NCBI GenBank assembly: GCA_030603365.1 | Contig: JAUVXV010000002.1 | Span: forward strand, 128,001-192,000 | Length of the DNA: 64,000 nt | Direction of reading: 5' to 3' | Source of the DNA: Candidatus Heimdallarchaeota archaeon | GTDB taxonomy: Archaea > Asgardarchaeota > Heimdallarchaeia > Heimdallarchaeales > Heimdallarchaeaceae | Shown: positions 49,175 through 59,153 of the stretch, piece by piece | Numbering within the stretch: the first letter of the stretch is position 1 | Layout of the letters: each line of letters starts with the position of its first letter | Translations under genes and position numbers: made by a program | Notes under the pieces: generated by a model | What the model was told of the DNA's origin: nothing | The model's input: the letters and a program-made list of their open reading frames with translations, nothing else | The model's database searches: none

Positions 49175-51199
49175 TTATTCTATTGTAAAAGGTGCTTCTT
49201 CAAAAATAGCCTCAACTAGATGTGTGAATTCTTCCTGTTTTATTGGATGAGTAGCGATTTTCTGTTTGATAGTGCTCATTGCTTCCTTCAAGAATTTTCG
49301 AACTTGTAGTCTACTTTCAAATGTTTCATTATCAGAGACAAGAACAGCCATAACTTCATCTTGTTTTTCAACAATCACAGACCTACCTTCATGAGTGATA
49401 CTTCTAAGAGTTTCAACTCCTTTCCCTAATACTTCCTGAGAGAAGCTGATTATCGCTGAAATGAGTCCTGATATCAGAAGATCATCTATATTTTCTTTTT
49501 TCGAAAAATTGTAGGAATAGAGTGGTAATCCACCTTCATCAATGACAAGTAAGAGATATAATATAATAGGAATTTTCTTATGAGTACCAAAAGAGAATTT
49601 TCTGATTCGGTAGAATAATTTTCTAGAACCTCTCAATTCTTGAGCTAATGATTTCTTTTCTTCTATTACTGCTTTTAATTCATCAACCCTTTCTTCAAAT
49701 TTGTGCTCTTCTGCGTATTGAATACCTTGCTTCAATGTAGTTACTGCTTCATTTTCCATATTTCGGAATCTATAGTAACCAGCTTTTGTGATTATTGCAT
49801 CCACGTATACCGAATGTTGAATTTCTTCTGTAACAGTAAGAAGACTATCAATATAATATAGAAATTTTAGAGCAAAATCATTGTTCTCTGTTATTCTGTA
49901 CATTTCAAAATAACTATCTGCTAAAGCAGCATAAGTATAAAGTATTCCTTCAAAAATGACTTGATTCTCAAAGAACTCTAAAGCTCTTTCAAAGAACTTA
50001 ACAGCTGTTGCTAAATCGACTTCTTTCTGATGGAACATACCTTTGTAGAAGAAATAGTAAGACATCGCATTGAAATCAAACTGATCTTGAGCCAGTTGCA
50101 TCCCTTTTTCCAGGCTTTCACCTTCATCCTTGCCTTCAAGAAGCTGGATGTATCCGTATACAATTTCTATCATCGGATTCAAAAAACTATACTTCTCATT
50201 TATTACATGAGCTTGATTATAGAATTCTATTGTTTTCTCCATTTCTTCATTTAGTAGATATATTTGACCCATTTTTTCTAAAATCTCTAATTGAACAGGT
50301 GTGAAAACTCTCGAATTTTTGAGTATGTTTTTGTATATCTCAAGAGCAGATGATAAATCTCCTTTCATTTTTTCGATTACTGCAGAATTCAGTAATAATA
50401 TAGATGTAAGTCGTTCAGAAGAGATCTGTTTAGCATGATTCAAACCTTGTTCGAGGTTCTTATTTGCATTTTCTATATCATATTCTTTTAGTGATAGAGA
50501 AGTAAGGAGATCATACAAGATACTTAGCATACCTTGGTTTTCATAGGTTTTCGCTCTTTGAATAGCGCTATCTAACCAAAGATCTTTCAGAGTATCATCT
50601 GCTATGGTATAAGCGAAATTAACCAAATCAGTCATCAAAGCATCTAAGATGAAAGGATATTTTATTGCAACGTCCTCAGGACTAGAAAGATATCTTAAGA
50701 GTTCATTTAGAGCTTTGAATCCAAAATCAGGTCGTTTATGAGTAGTTGATGAGAATTCTTTTAGTGCAAGAGTAAGATAGTCCTTAGAATTTTCCATTTG
50801 CAGTTTTTCGATTATTTCCTGAATTATCTTGTAGGCTTTCTCATAGTCTTCAAATAGAAACATATCTCTTAAAGAAAGCAAATAACAGATGTGAACAGAA
50901 ATATTTTCACCACTAAAATTATCATGGAATTTATTGAATAATTCTATAATTGTTTCATATTCTTTACTCCAATAACAGAGTAGGAAACTTGAGAGAAGTA
51001 GAATTTTCTCATTTTCATCAAGATGTTTTGATTTCAGTTTTAACAGATAGTTAGATAGTAGTTCTCGAATTTTGGAATGTGAAACTTCTTGTCCAAGTAC
51101 TTTGGTTAATAAAGACTTAACTGGCTCTTTATTATCGGTGATATAGAGCTCTAATTCCTTCTGTACAAAAATGGGTAAATTCTCTATCATTCTTCTCAT
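49175..51199 (-). CDS. TPR-repeat protein with C-terminal longin-like domain (paralog 3)
   Basis: TPR helices; C-terminal LYLLLVIDEGGLPLYSY...DDLLISGLISAIISFSQEV...SITHEG. Confidence 0.75.
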   Translation of the reverse strand: MRRMIENLPIFVQKELELYITDNKEPVKSLLTKVLGQEVSHSKIRELLSNYLLKLKSKHLDENEKILLLSSFLLCYWSKEYETIIELFNKFHDNFSGENISVHICYLLSLRDMFLFEDYEKAYKIIQEIIEKLQMENSKDYLTLALKEFSSTTHKRPDFGFKALNELLRYLSSPEDVAIKYPFILDALMTDLVNFAYTIADDTLKDLWLDSAIQRAKTYENQGMLSILYDLLTSLSLKEYDIENANKNLEQGLNHAKQISSERLTSILLLNSAVIEKMKGDLSSALEIYKNILKNSRVFTPVQLEILEKMGQIYLLNEEMEKTIEFYNQAHVINEKYSFLNPMIEIVYGYIQLLEGKDEGESLEKGMQLAQDQFDFNAMSYYFFYKGMFHQKEVDLATAVKFFERALEFFENQVIFEGILYTYAALADSYFEMYRITENNDFALKFLYYIDSLLTVTEEIQHSVYVDAIITKAGYYRFRNMENEAVTTLKQGIQYAEEHKFEERVDELKAVIEEKKSLAQELRGSRKLFYRIRKFSFGTHKKIPIILYLLLVIDEGGLPLYSYNFSKKENIDDLLISGLISAIISFSQEVLGKGVETLRSITHEGRSVIVEKQDEVMAVLVSDNETFESRLQVRKFLKEAMSTIKQKIATHPIKQEEFTHLVEAIFEEAPFTIE

Positions 51200-51231
51200 C
51201 TAACGAATATAAAAGACAATAGAGGTACTAT

Positions 51232-53313
51232 TTAAAAATCTACTTTAATGGCATCGCTATAGATAAGATTAGTTCCAAATAGTGATTTTACTTCCTCATC
51301 AATAGAATTACTGATATCAGTTGTTAACTCACCATAGAATTGCCGAGGTATATCGAGTGAAGCTAGTTTGTCAGTTAACTGATGAATCTTTCTTCTTAAT
51401 GAGAACGAATCTAAGGCACTAACTGCAACAGAGCTGAATCCTTTTGGATGTGCCTCTATAATGATTTTGTGGTTTCCATAGGTTATAACAAGCATTTGGC
51501 TTTTTTGTTCTTCAAAAAGCTCTGAAAGCATATCTCTAACTGCTACTATGAACCCACCAAATAATAGCTGATCTTTCACTGCTCGCTTCAAGATAACATA
51601 AGATCTTAATGGAATGCCTGATCTATGCAAGATTATTAGTGCCAGAGGTAAAACTTCCAGTTCAACATATGATTTTTGCATATATCTTATACCAATTTCT
51701 TCCATACTTGAGATTTCTTTTCTGAATGGTTCAACAATCCATTCAATTCCCTCAGCATGTTTTGTGGGAAAAACCTGATTCAACTGCTTAATCCTGTTTT
51801 CAATTAAAGATTGCAATTGTTTGTTTTTATGAATAATTGGAATTTCTCTTGCTTGTTGTAAACTGTTAAATGCTTTGGAATACTCCTCCTTAACTGCAAA
51901 TATTTTGCCTTGAAGTAAATACATTGCAACTTGCTCTTTGTATAATTTATTTTCATCAAAGAAGGGAAGAATATAATCTAAGGTGTTGAGTGTTAAATCT
52001 AGAACTTTTGAATCTTTTTCAAGGTCATATTTTCCTAAGTATAAGAGAATGAGGTTCATGAGAATCTTAGCTGAGAGCTCTCCTCTTCCCTGTTCATCAG
52101 CAATTTTTAATGCTTCCGAGAATGATTCTTCTGCTTTACCATAATTAAGTTTTTTTACATTGAACATTCCTTGTAGTGATAACAAATATGAGTGGATTAT
52201 GGGAGAAGGATTACTTCTTATTTCTTCTTCGATTAATTTAATTATCACTTCAAATTCGTTGAGTTTTCCTGTTTGAAGGTATAGCTCTGCTAGAGTACAA
52301 TACTGATAAGTTTCTTTGAGATTAAGTTTTTCAAGAATCTTTGTTGCTTCTTCATACAAGTTTATAGCAGTTTCATATTCTCCTTTGCATAAAGCAATTT
52401 CTCCAAGAGATCTAATAGTTAACGAAAATAATCTATTACTATCTAACTTTCTAAAAACTTCAAGAATTTCCTTGAAAATTACTTCCGCTTTATCAAACTG
52501 CCCTAGTATCACATTAATTGTACCAATATTACCTTTTACTGCTGCCAAAAGCGTTTTATTTCCTGTTTCAATTAGGAGCTCCTGAGCTTTGAATGAAAGG
52601 TTAAGAGAGTCCTCTATTTTTCCACTATCTCTCTGAATTAAAGCGAGAAGGTAGTAAAATCTAGCAATCTGGTACCTGTTTTCTAATTCTGTAGCAATAT
52701 GAAGAGCAACATTTATCTTATTTTCAAGTTTTATTCTTTCCTCAACATAACGATCTACAAAGTAATGGTCTCTGTGTCCATCTAATAGAATTTCATTTAC
52801 TATAGGTTTTTTCTCTCTGGGTAATTGATGAGTTGTTAGAGCTTCTTCAAAGAGGAAGTTTAGATAAATTCGACACTGCTCATAGTTGCCTAAATTTAGA
52901 TATCCATAAGCAATTGACCTGAGTAGATGCAATCGATAAATAATTGGCAGCTCTTTGTTTTCTTTAATTTGAGAAGCAGTTTTTATAACATCTTCATTGG
53001 AACCTTTTTCAAGATTTACACGAATATCCCAGAGTTCCAAACCAACGGAAGGATATTTCTTACTAAAAATTTTGATACGGTCATAATCAGAAATCATGAA
53101 AAGGATTCGACCTAGAACAAACAATAAATTATCTGAAGGTTGAGGGATTGCAGAAATGTAATCTTGAAGCATTATAACTATTTTATCCAAAGAATCATCA
53201 TCATGGAAATTCCCATTTTCTTTCTCCAAATCTTCCTGTTCTGTTTGAGACAAAATAGGTAGATAGATAGAAAATTCCTTTGGGAACCCCACATTATCCC
53301 CTTTATCCTTCAT
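51232..53313 (-). CDS. TPR-repeat protein with C-terminal longin-like domain (paralog 2)
   Basis: TPRs; LALIILHRSGIPLRSY...DQLLFGGFIVAVRDMLSELF. Start moved to ATG 53313 (MKDKG) by alignment with paralog 1. Confidence 0.75.
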   Translation of the reverse strand: MKDKGDNVGFPKEFSIYLPILSQTEQEDLEKENGNFHDDDSLDKIVIMLQDYISAIPQPSDNLLFVLGRILFMISDYDRIKIFSKKYPSVGLELWDIRVNLEKGSNEDVIKTASQIKENKELPIIYRLHLLRSIAYGYLNLGNYEQCRIYLNFLFEEALTTHQLPREKKPIVNEILLDGHRDHYFVDRYVEERIKLENKINVALHIATELENRYQIARFYYLLALIQRDSGKIEDSLNLSFKAQELLIETGNKTLLAAVKGNIGTINVILGQFDKAEVIFKEILEVFRKLDSNRLFSLTIRSLGEIALCKGEYETAINLYEEATKILEKLNLKETYQYCTLAELYLQTGKLNEFEVIIKLIEEEIRSNPSPIIHSYLLSLQGMFNVKKLNYGKAEESFSEALKIADEQGRGELSAKILMNLILLYLGKYDLEKDSKVLDLTLNTLDYILPFFDENKLYKEQVAMYLLQGKIFAVKEEYSKAFNSLQQAREIPIIHKNKQLQSLIENRIKQLNQVFPTKHAEGIEWIVEPFRKEISSMEEIGIRYMQKSYVELEVLPLALIILHRSGIPLRSYVILKRAVKDQLLFGGFIVAVRDMLSELFEEQKSQMLVITYGNHKIIIEAHPKGFSSVAVSALDSFSLRRKIHQLTDKLASLDIPRQFYGELTTDISNSIDEEVKSLFGTNLIYSDAIKVDF

Positions 53314-53377
53314 TATCTTCAATAAGATAATATATCTAATGAATAAAAATATTCTCTTTTGCAAATTTAAAACAGAA

Positions 53378-55423
53378 TTATGGACTAATACCTTTGATTC
53401 CAAAAAGATTCTTCACAACTGAATCTAATTCATATGTTTCTATTTCGCTGATATCTCCACGGTATTTATCTCCTGAAAGACCTTTAAAGGAGAGATTTTC
53501 TACAAGTCTATGCATTTTTCTTCTTAGCATAAAGCTATCGCGAAGAGCAATCACAACAACCGAGAAAATGTTGCTATAGAATTCGATAAGCAATTTGTAT
53601 TGTCCATGATCTATTGAAAGTACACCCTGTTTTTGATCAACAAACAATTCATTCATCAGATGACGAATAGCTGAAACAAATCCACCAAACAACAAATCAT
53701 CGCTTACGGTTACATCTTCACTTAAATAGGTTCTAATGGGGATTCCAGAACTGTGTAATATTAGTACGGCAATTGGTTTTTCTTCTTTTGGTGCAGCAAG
53801 TTTCTTTGATTCTTTTCTTAATACTGTAGAAATAGGTTTGATATCATCGATGAATTCAATCACGCTGTCATCATGTATTTTATCAACATGGCTTTCTATC
53901 GCTGCTTTAACTTGCTCAATTCTTTCATTATAATCATTTATTAATTTTGGAGTGTAGTTTCGAGCAAATTCCTCTCCTTTCTTCAAGAGGAATAAAGCTG
54001 TTTCAAAATCCAGTAAAACTATTTTGATTTTCGATCTAATATAGTAGATTATAGATAATGATTCATATTTTGCTTTTTCTTCCAAATATGTTATAATATC
54101 GTCCAAGCATTTGTCTGCTTCAATTAATTCTTCTAAACTCATTGTTATTGTGTATTTTTTCAGAAAAACTATTGTAAGAAGTACAAGTGTTTTGGAGCTG
54201 AGAATTTCATTTCCAAGCTCGTCTGCCATCAACATTGCTTTTTGTAGAAAATCTTGAGCATTACCATAATTATTTTGCTTGTATTCTATGAAACCCAAAA
54301 GAAATAGATAATAAGATTTTTGAGAAGGAGACTGTTGTGATTTGCTTTCCACATCAATTTTCCTCAGTAATTCTTCACTTTGAGAAATCTCATCTAGATA
54401 AAGAAGTATTTCAACATATTTCATCATCATTAACACATTTTTGAAATGTCTTTCTTTCAAAATCGTTAATACTTTCTCCATTTCTTGTTTTGCTTTTTCA
54501 AATTCTTCTTTAGCAAAATAAACATCTGCAAAGCTTGAATGGATCATGAAAAGAGAGCGATAATCATTTACCCAGCTTTTTATCTCTTTGTAGCTTTTAT
54601 TATACCAAAACATAGCTTCCTCATGATGTCCCATCTGTAGATAAACATCACCAATACTCGCCGTGACATGCCCTATTAGTCTATCAATTTTAACTTCTTT
54701 TGCTATTGCATCTCCTTTAAGAAAGAGCTGGTGAGCTAATTGGAAATTTCCTCTTTCTAATTCAATCATTCCTATTGTATTGTAGGTTTGTGCAAGATTG
54801 ATTCTGTCATTAAGAGCTTTGTTGATATTTAATGATTCTTTTGTCTTATCCCTTGCTAATGAAAGAATGTTTGTGTTCTGAAGATAGATAGAATCTAATT
54901 CTAGCATGTATATTTGGATTAATTTGAATGTATCCCTTGTTGAATCTGAATGAACACTCTCACTCAAAACATAGAAATTATAACAGTTTTCTCTGTTAGT
55001 AATATATGCTTCATAATCTTGAATTAAATAAGCTTCTACGGCAAGAACATAGTAAATAAAAGCATAAAAGATAGAATTCTCAAGTTCTTGTTTCAATTTC
55101 TGAATCTTGTCAAGGTAGATTTCTTTTTCTCCTGCATATAGATGACTCAAGGCGCACCAAAGTCCTAAACCTGGATCACCCTTTTTAGTATGTAGTTCAC
55201 AAATCTTATTCAATTTTCCTCGATGATAGAGTATCCTTCCTAAGAGAAAAGTAAAAGCATTAGATGGTTTATCAAGCTTTGAATAAAGTGTCAGTAACAG
55301 AGTTTCCAATTCATCAAGCTTTGATTCTGGTTGAAGACTTCCTTTCTCAAGTAGTAAGGTCTTTTCTTCCTCTGATAATAGAAGATAAACCGACATAAAC
55401 TCAGGAGGAAGTTTGGTCTTCAT
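53378..55423 (-). CDS. TPR-repeat protein with C-terminal longin-like domain (paralog 1)
   Basis: TPRs (LAQTYNTIGMI, ASIGDVY); IAVLILHSSGIPIRTY...DDLLFGGFVSAIRHLMNELF...SIDHG. Confidence 0.75.
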   Translation of the reverse strand: MKTKLPPEFMSVYLLLSEEEKTLLLEKGSLQPESKLDELETLLLTLYSKLDKPSNAFTFLLGRILYHRGKLNKICELHTKKGDPGLGLWCALSHLYAGEKEIYLDKIQKLKQELENSIFYAFIYYVLAVEAYLIQDYEAYITNRENCYNFYVLSESVHSDSTRDTFKLIQIYMLELDSIYLQNTNILSLARDKTKESLNINKALNDRINLAQTYNTIGMIELERGNFQLAHQLFLKGDAIAKEVKIDRLIGHVTASIGDVYLQMGHHEEAMFWYNKSYKEIKSWVNDYRSLFMIHSSFADVYFAKEEFEKAKQEMEKVLTILKERHFKNVLMMMKYVEILLYLDEISQSEELLRKIDVESKSQQSPSQKSYYLFLLGFIEYKQNNYGNAQDFLQKAMLMADELGNEILSSKTLVLLTIVFLKKYTITMSLEELIEADKCLDDIITYLEEKAKYESLSIIYYIRSKIKIVLLDFETALFLLKKGEEFARNYTPKLINDYNERIEQVKAAIESHVDKIHDDSVIEFIDDIKPISTVLRKESKKLAAPKEEKPIAVLILHSSGIPIRTYLSEDVTVSDDLLFGGFVSAIRHLMNELFVDQKQGVLSIDHGQYKLLIEFYSNIFSVVVIALRDSFMLRRKMHRLVENLSFKGLSGDKYRGDISEIETYELDSVVKNLFGIKGISP

Positions 55424-55522
55424 TAAGTAATAATTTTTGTTATTCTTAAAAAAGATGACGAAAGTTCGCAGAGAAGGTTTTTAAGAAAAAAAATGAAATG
55501 GTAATGGAAACTTGGAAAATTT

Positions 55523-57538
55523 ATGACTGAAAGAACTTCACAAAATAATCTAGAATCGAGTGTTGAATTACTTTTATCCTTAAATCTGAAAGAAGAACAG
55601 GCTCACTCTATTCTTATTAAACTCTGGTTCCTAATTCGTAAAAGAAAGGAACTTCTGAGGTTTAGCAATAACCAAAAGCTCTCTATCGAAGATATGCTCA
55701 TTTCATGTTCTGAATCTTGGGGAGGTGTTTTACACAATTTTGAATATTACAAAGTTTCGAAAATAAAAATTAGCTTTAAACTATTCAAGAAACTGGAAGA
55801 ATTTCTAAAAGGAATAGACATCACTACTTTGATATATCGAATTAAAGATGACCAAACTCAAAAACTGCATGGTCGTTTCTTCTCACCTCATTTTGTTATT
55901 AATCCAATCCTCGATCAAATCAAGAACGAATTGCATCATTCTATCAGATTTTCAATTATTGATTTTTCAGCTGGATTAGGTTATTTTCTTACATCATTTC
56001 TTGGAATCCCACAAAGCACAGTATATGCTATAGAACTTGATCCACTTACTTTCGAAGTGATGCTACTTAGCTTTCTCTTCAATCCTGCACCAAGTAATCA
56101 CCAAAAAATGAGACTACTTCTCACTGTCAAGCAAGGAGATTCTTTACTCGGTTATCATGAAGACCTTTTCAATAGAATACTAAATAATTCCAAACAAAAG
56201 GAATTACTAATCGAATACATGAATACTAGACTTTCGATTCTTGATAAAGAAACAAATGATATTTCTCACCGTCTTAAAGAATGTTTTAGACTTCGAAACG
56301 AGATTTCAAAAAGTGATAATAATTTTAGTGACTTCAATTGGTTTATTGACTTTCCTGAGCTCTTTATTGATGCATATGGAAAGAAACTGGTCAAACCTGG
56401 AGTTGATTATGTGATAGGCAATCCACCTTGGATTTCTTATCCACAGATTAATCTTGAAAAGTATAGTAGGATTTTCAAACAATCTGAGTTTGCAGATTTG
56501 TTACATGGTAAGTTCAATTTCTATTTACCTTTTGTAATCCTAGCATATAAAATCGCTAAGATAAAAGGTGGAATGATACTGCCACAAGCACTGTTTACTG
56601 AAGCTTATTCTCACAAATTTAGAGAATTTATTTTCAAGAATCAATCTCTTTATAATATTAGGCTTTGGGGTGCTAAAGGGTTTAAAAAAGTAGTCAATGA
56701 GTTTTGTACAGTAATGTGGGATCAGGAGAAAAAATCGGATACAATAAATTTAGTTTCCTCCAAAAGAGAAATTGATTCTAAAATAAGCTATTCACATATT
56801 CAATCACCATTTTACAGACTTCCCCTTATGCCAGCATACATCCTCGAAGATATAAAAGACATAATAAATCAGTCAAACAGATTAGATAAATTCATTGTTA
56901 CTAGAAGAGGTTTTACCCTAACCAAAAAGTATCAGATGGAATATAACAATAATAAATCAAAGAGTGATGAAAGCCAATTTAAGAAGATAGTTCGAAATAG
57001 TATTTTCACTGCAAACGAGAAGAAAGGAATATTCAACTTCCAAGTTTTTTATTCAGCTGATCAATTCGTTTACGATAGAAATCTTCTTGGAGCACCAGGT
57101 TCTGAAGAGATATTTGAACGACCAAAAATAATAAGGAGAAATAGAGGAAGACAATGGTTCATTGGACTGGATTTAGATCAGAATTTGTATGTTAATGATA
57201 TCTTTGACATCATATATGTACAAGATGATAAGATTTCTCTAAAAGCTCTATTTGGTTATCTGTGTTCTTCATTCATACAACTTCTTGCAGAAGGGTACTT
57301 ACAAAGAGATATTACATCAAATATTGTTAGGTCTCTTCCAATTCCTAATCTGGGAATAAAGGAACTTAGTCTCTTAGAACAAGAAGTGGATGGATGGATT
57401 AAATCAAGAAAAACTTTGAAAGATTTCGAGACATTGAGGAAAGGTATTGACTTAATACTATCGGAAAACTGTGGTTTCTTTTATAGTTTGGTTAACTATC
57501 TTAAGACTGAAGTTAAAATCAACTGGAAAGAAGTTTGA
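55523..57538 (+). CDS. N6-adenine DNA methyltransferase (Eco57I/TaqI-like), divergent
   Basis: GRFFSP, DFSAGLG, QGDSL, FNWFIDFPE, DYVIGNPPW, RPKIIRR. Confidence 0.8.
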   Translation: MTERTSQNNLESSVELLLSLNLKEEQAHSILIKLWFLIRKRKELLRFSNNQKLSIEDMLISCSESWGGVLHNFEYYKVSKIKISFKLFKKLEEFLKGIDITTLIYRIKDDQTQKLHGRFFSPHFVINPILDQIKNELHHSIRFSIIDFSAGLGYFLTSFLGIPQSTVYAIELDPLTFEVMLLSFLFNPAPSNHQKMRLLLTVKQGDSLLGYHEDLFNRILNNSKQKELLIEYMNTRLSILDKETNDISHRLKECFRLRNEISKSDNNFSDFNWFIDFPELFIDAYGKKLVKPGVDYVIGNPPWISYPQINLEKYSRIFKQSEFADLLHGKFNFYLPFVILAYKIAKIKGGMILPQALFTEAYSHKFREFIFKNQSLYNIRLWGAKGFKKVVNEFCTVMWDQEKKSDTINLVSSKREIDSKISYSHIQSPFYRLPLMPAYILEDIKDIINQSNRLDKFIVTRRGFTLTKKYQMEYNNNKSKSDESQFKKIVRNSIFTANEKKGIFNFQVFYSADQFVYDRNLLGAPGSEEIFERPKIIRRNRGRQWFIGLDLDQNLYVNDIFDIIYVQDDKISLKALFGYLCSSFIQLLAEGYLQRDITSNIVRSLPIPNLGIKELSLLEQEVDGWIKSRKTLKDFETLRKGIDLILSENCGFFYSLVNYLKTEVKINWKEV

Positions 57539-57563
57539 ATTTTTTCTGCCCTTAAATACTAAT

Positions 57564-57600
57564 TTGTTGATGATGTGGTTTTGTCATCTTGTCATATTAG
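57564..57600 (+). repeat. Inverted repeat, copy at the tnpB 3' end
   Basis: TTGTTGATGATGTGGTTTTGTCATCTTGTCATATTAG; 30/37 identical to the reverse complement of 58974-59010. Confidence 0.8.
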
Positions 57601-57730
57601 CAAGAAAAGTTAAATATCTTTCTTAGAGTTCATCATGTAGAGCAGTGTAAATGTTCTATACTCACTCTGAGGGGATACATCACATATCCTCCTACCCCGT
57701 TCACCTTACACTTGGGTAAAGCTTTCGGAT
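57564..57730 (-). ncRNA. Putative omega-RNA (reRNA) scaffold overlapping the tnpB 3' end; boundaries approximate
   Basis: Expected position for TnpB systems. Stems visible: GGATA..TATCC (57673-57689), AGTGTAA/TTACACT (57644-57650 and 57706-57712), AAGAAA..TTTCTT (57602-57624). Confidence 0.5.
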
Positions 57731-58892
57731 CGCTTTTAACTAAAATATTGTAAGCTGCATTAACATCAGCATTGATAAAATGTCCTTGAGAAGATTTAAA
57801 CAACCCCCGTTTAACTCTTTTCCCCATATATCTGGTTTGAGTTTGGGGAAACTCGTTATCGAGAAAACTGCACTTAGAAGTGTACTCTTCTGGGATGAGC
57901 TCAACCTTTATCCCCCGTTCTGCAGCTTTATACGTGAGCATATTAATGATCCGCATGAAGGGGATGGTGACAAACATTTGGGTGACTTTTTTCCAGAAAT
58001 GCACCCCTTGTTTCCACTTCTTGTTGTAACCAATAACCACCTCGTGAAGATCTCGTTCAACCCACAATTCAACTAGATAATGGGTGAGTTTGTGGATAGC
58101 ATCTTTGAGTTTCATCCTCCACTTTTCACGCAATTGGTAGAAGGTTTTTCCATACTTCAATTTATTCTTGATTTTCAGCTGCTGACGTTGTTGCAGGACA
58201 TATTGTTCTCGTAATTGTGTCTGGTTTTTCAAATAATATTGAGTTATTGATTTTATTCCTCTCCCGTGATCCTTGATAACAATCGGTTGATTCCCGAGGT
58301 TATCCACAAAGGTCACAAGATTGGTCATCCCTAAATCGATTGCTCCCTTACGTCTGGGACGTTTCTTTAACTGAGGTAAGGTCTTGAGATAAATCAGTTC
58401 TATCGTATAGCCCACTTGTCTTGGTACGATTCGTACTTCTCGTAATTTCGTACTTGCTGTTAGTCTTGTCTTATAGTAATATCCTACCTTCTTGGGTAAC
58501 ACTAGCCACCCGTTCCTTATCATAGCTTGTTGGTTGCTGAAGATAGCCATCACCTCCCCATCTTTAGGTTTGTACCCAGGGGGACGGGGCATAGCGAAGA
58601 ACAACTTGGGATTCTTCTTCCACTCCTTGATTGCTCGAAAGAACGCTTTCCAATTTCTGGATAGGAGTTTGAGGGTATGCTGGGCTGTATGAACTGGTAA
58701 AATCTTATAGCATTCTTCGTTTTTGAGCAAAGAGTTGAGGTCATAATAGTACAGGAGCTTGTTCTGCTTATTAAGAGAGGTTTTGAAAAGGAAATTAGCT
58801 CGATTATAGAGATTCTTCACTTGATGACAAAGCTTGCTCAACGCTGGATGATAAGACACTTCTATACATTCAACTCGTAAGACCTGCGTCAT
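57633..58892 (-). CDS. tnpB: RNA-guided endonuclease TnpB
   Basis: KNLYNRAN, RuvC-I AIDLGMTN, VVIGYNKKWKQ, PEEYTSKCSFLD, RuvC-III INADVNAAYNI. Confidence 0.95.
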   Translation of the reverse strand: MTQVLRVECIEVSYHPALSKLCHQVKNLYNRANFLFKTSLNKQNKLLYYYDLNSLLKNEECYKILPVHTAQHTLKLLSRNWKAFFRAIKEWKKNPKLFFAMPRPPGYKPKDGEVMAIFSNQQAMIRNGWLVLPKKVGYYYKTRLTASTKLREVRIVPRQVGYTIELIYLKTLPQLKKRPRRKGAIDLGMTNLVTFVDNLGNQPIVIKDHGRGIKSITQYYLKNQTQLREQYVLQQRQQLKIKNKLKYGKTFYQLREKWRMKLKDAIHKLTHYLVELWVERDLHEVVIGYNKKWKQGVHFWKKVTQMFVTIPFMRIINMLTYKAAERGIKVELIPEEYTSKCSFLDNEFPQTQTRYMGKRVKRGLFKSSQGHFINADVNAAYNILVKSDPKALPKCKVNGVGGYVMYPLRVSIEHLHCST

Positions 58893-58973
58893 CAGTAGTT
58901 CAGTTGTATTTCCCTATAAAAGCTCCAGTAATATCTGGTCTAACGCATACATTCAAGGTATTTCGTTGTTCAT

Positions 58974-59010
58974 TTAACATGACTACATGACAAAAACACA
59001 TCATAAACTA
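58974..59010 (-). repeat. Inverted repeat, copy at the tnpB 5' end
   Basis: TTAACATGACTACATGACAAAAACACATCATAAACTA; its reverse complement matches 57564-57600. Confidence 0.8.
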
Positions 59011-59153
59011 GCACAAAACGACGATAACATCATTTTTGTCGGTTATTTTTAGATTTTCAACAAAAAATTTGGTCTGTATGTAATACTCTAATCTAAGATG
59101 TATTACTTGAAGTTGAAAATTTTTTTTGATTAAATGAATAGTTAAGTCTTTCA

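Larger units (their letters stand above)
57564..59010 (-). mobile_element. Non-autonomous tnpB-only insertion element (IS607 or IS200/IS605 group) bounded by imperfect inverted repeats
   Basis: tnpB with visibly higher GC than its flanks; 37-bp inverted repeats at 57564-57600 and 58974-59010; no transposase inside; no target-site duplication seen. Exact ends uncertain. Confidence 0.72.

Noticed and set aside
57633-58892. Cas12f / type V CRISPR effector
   Set aside because: No array or cas1/cas2/cas4; IS-like ends indicate TnpB.
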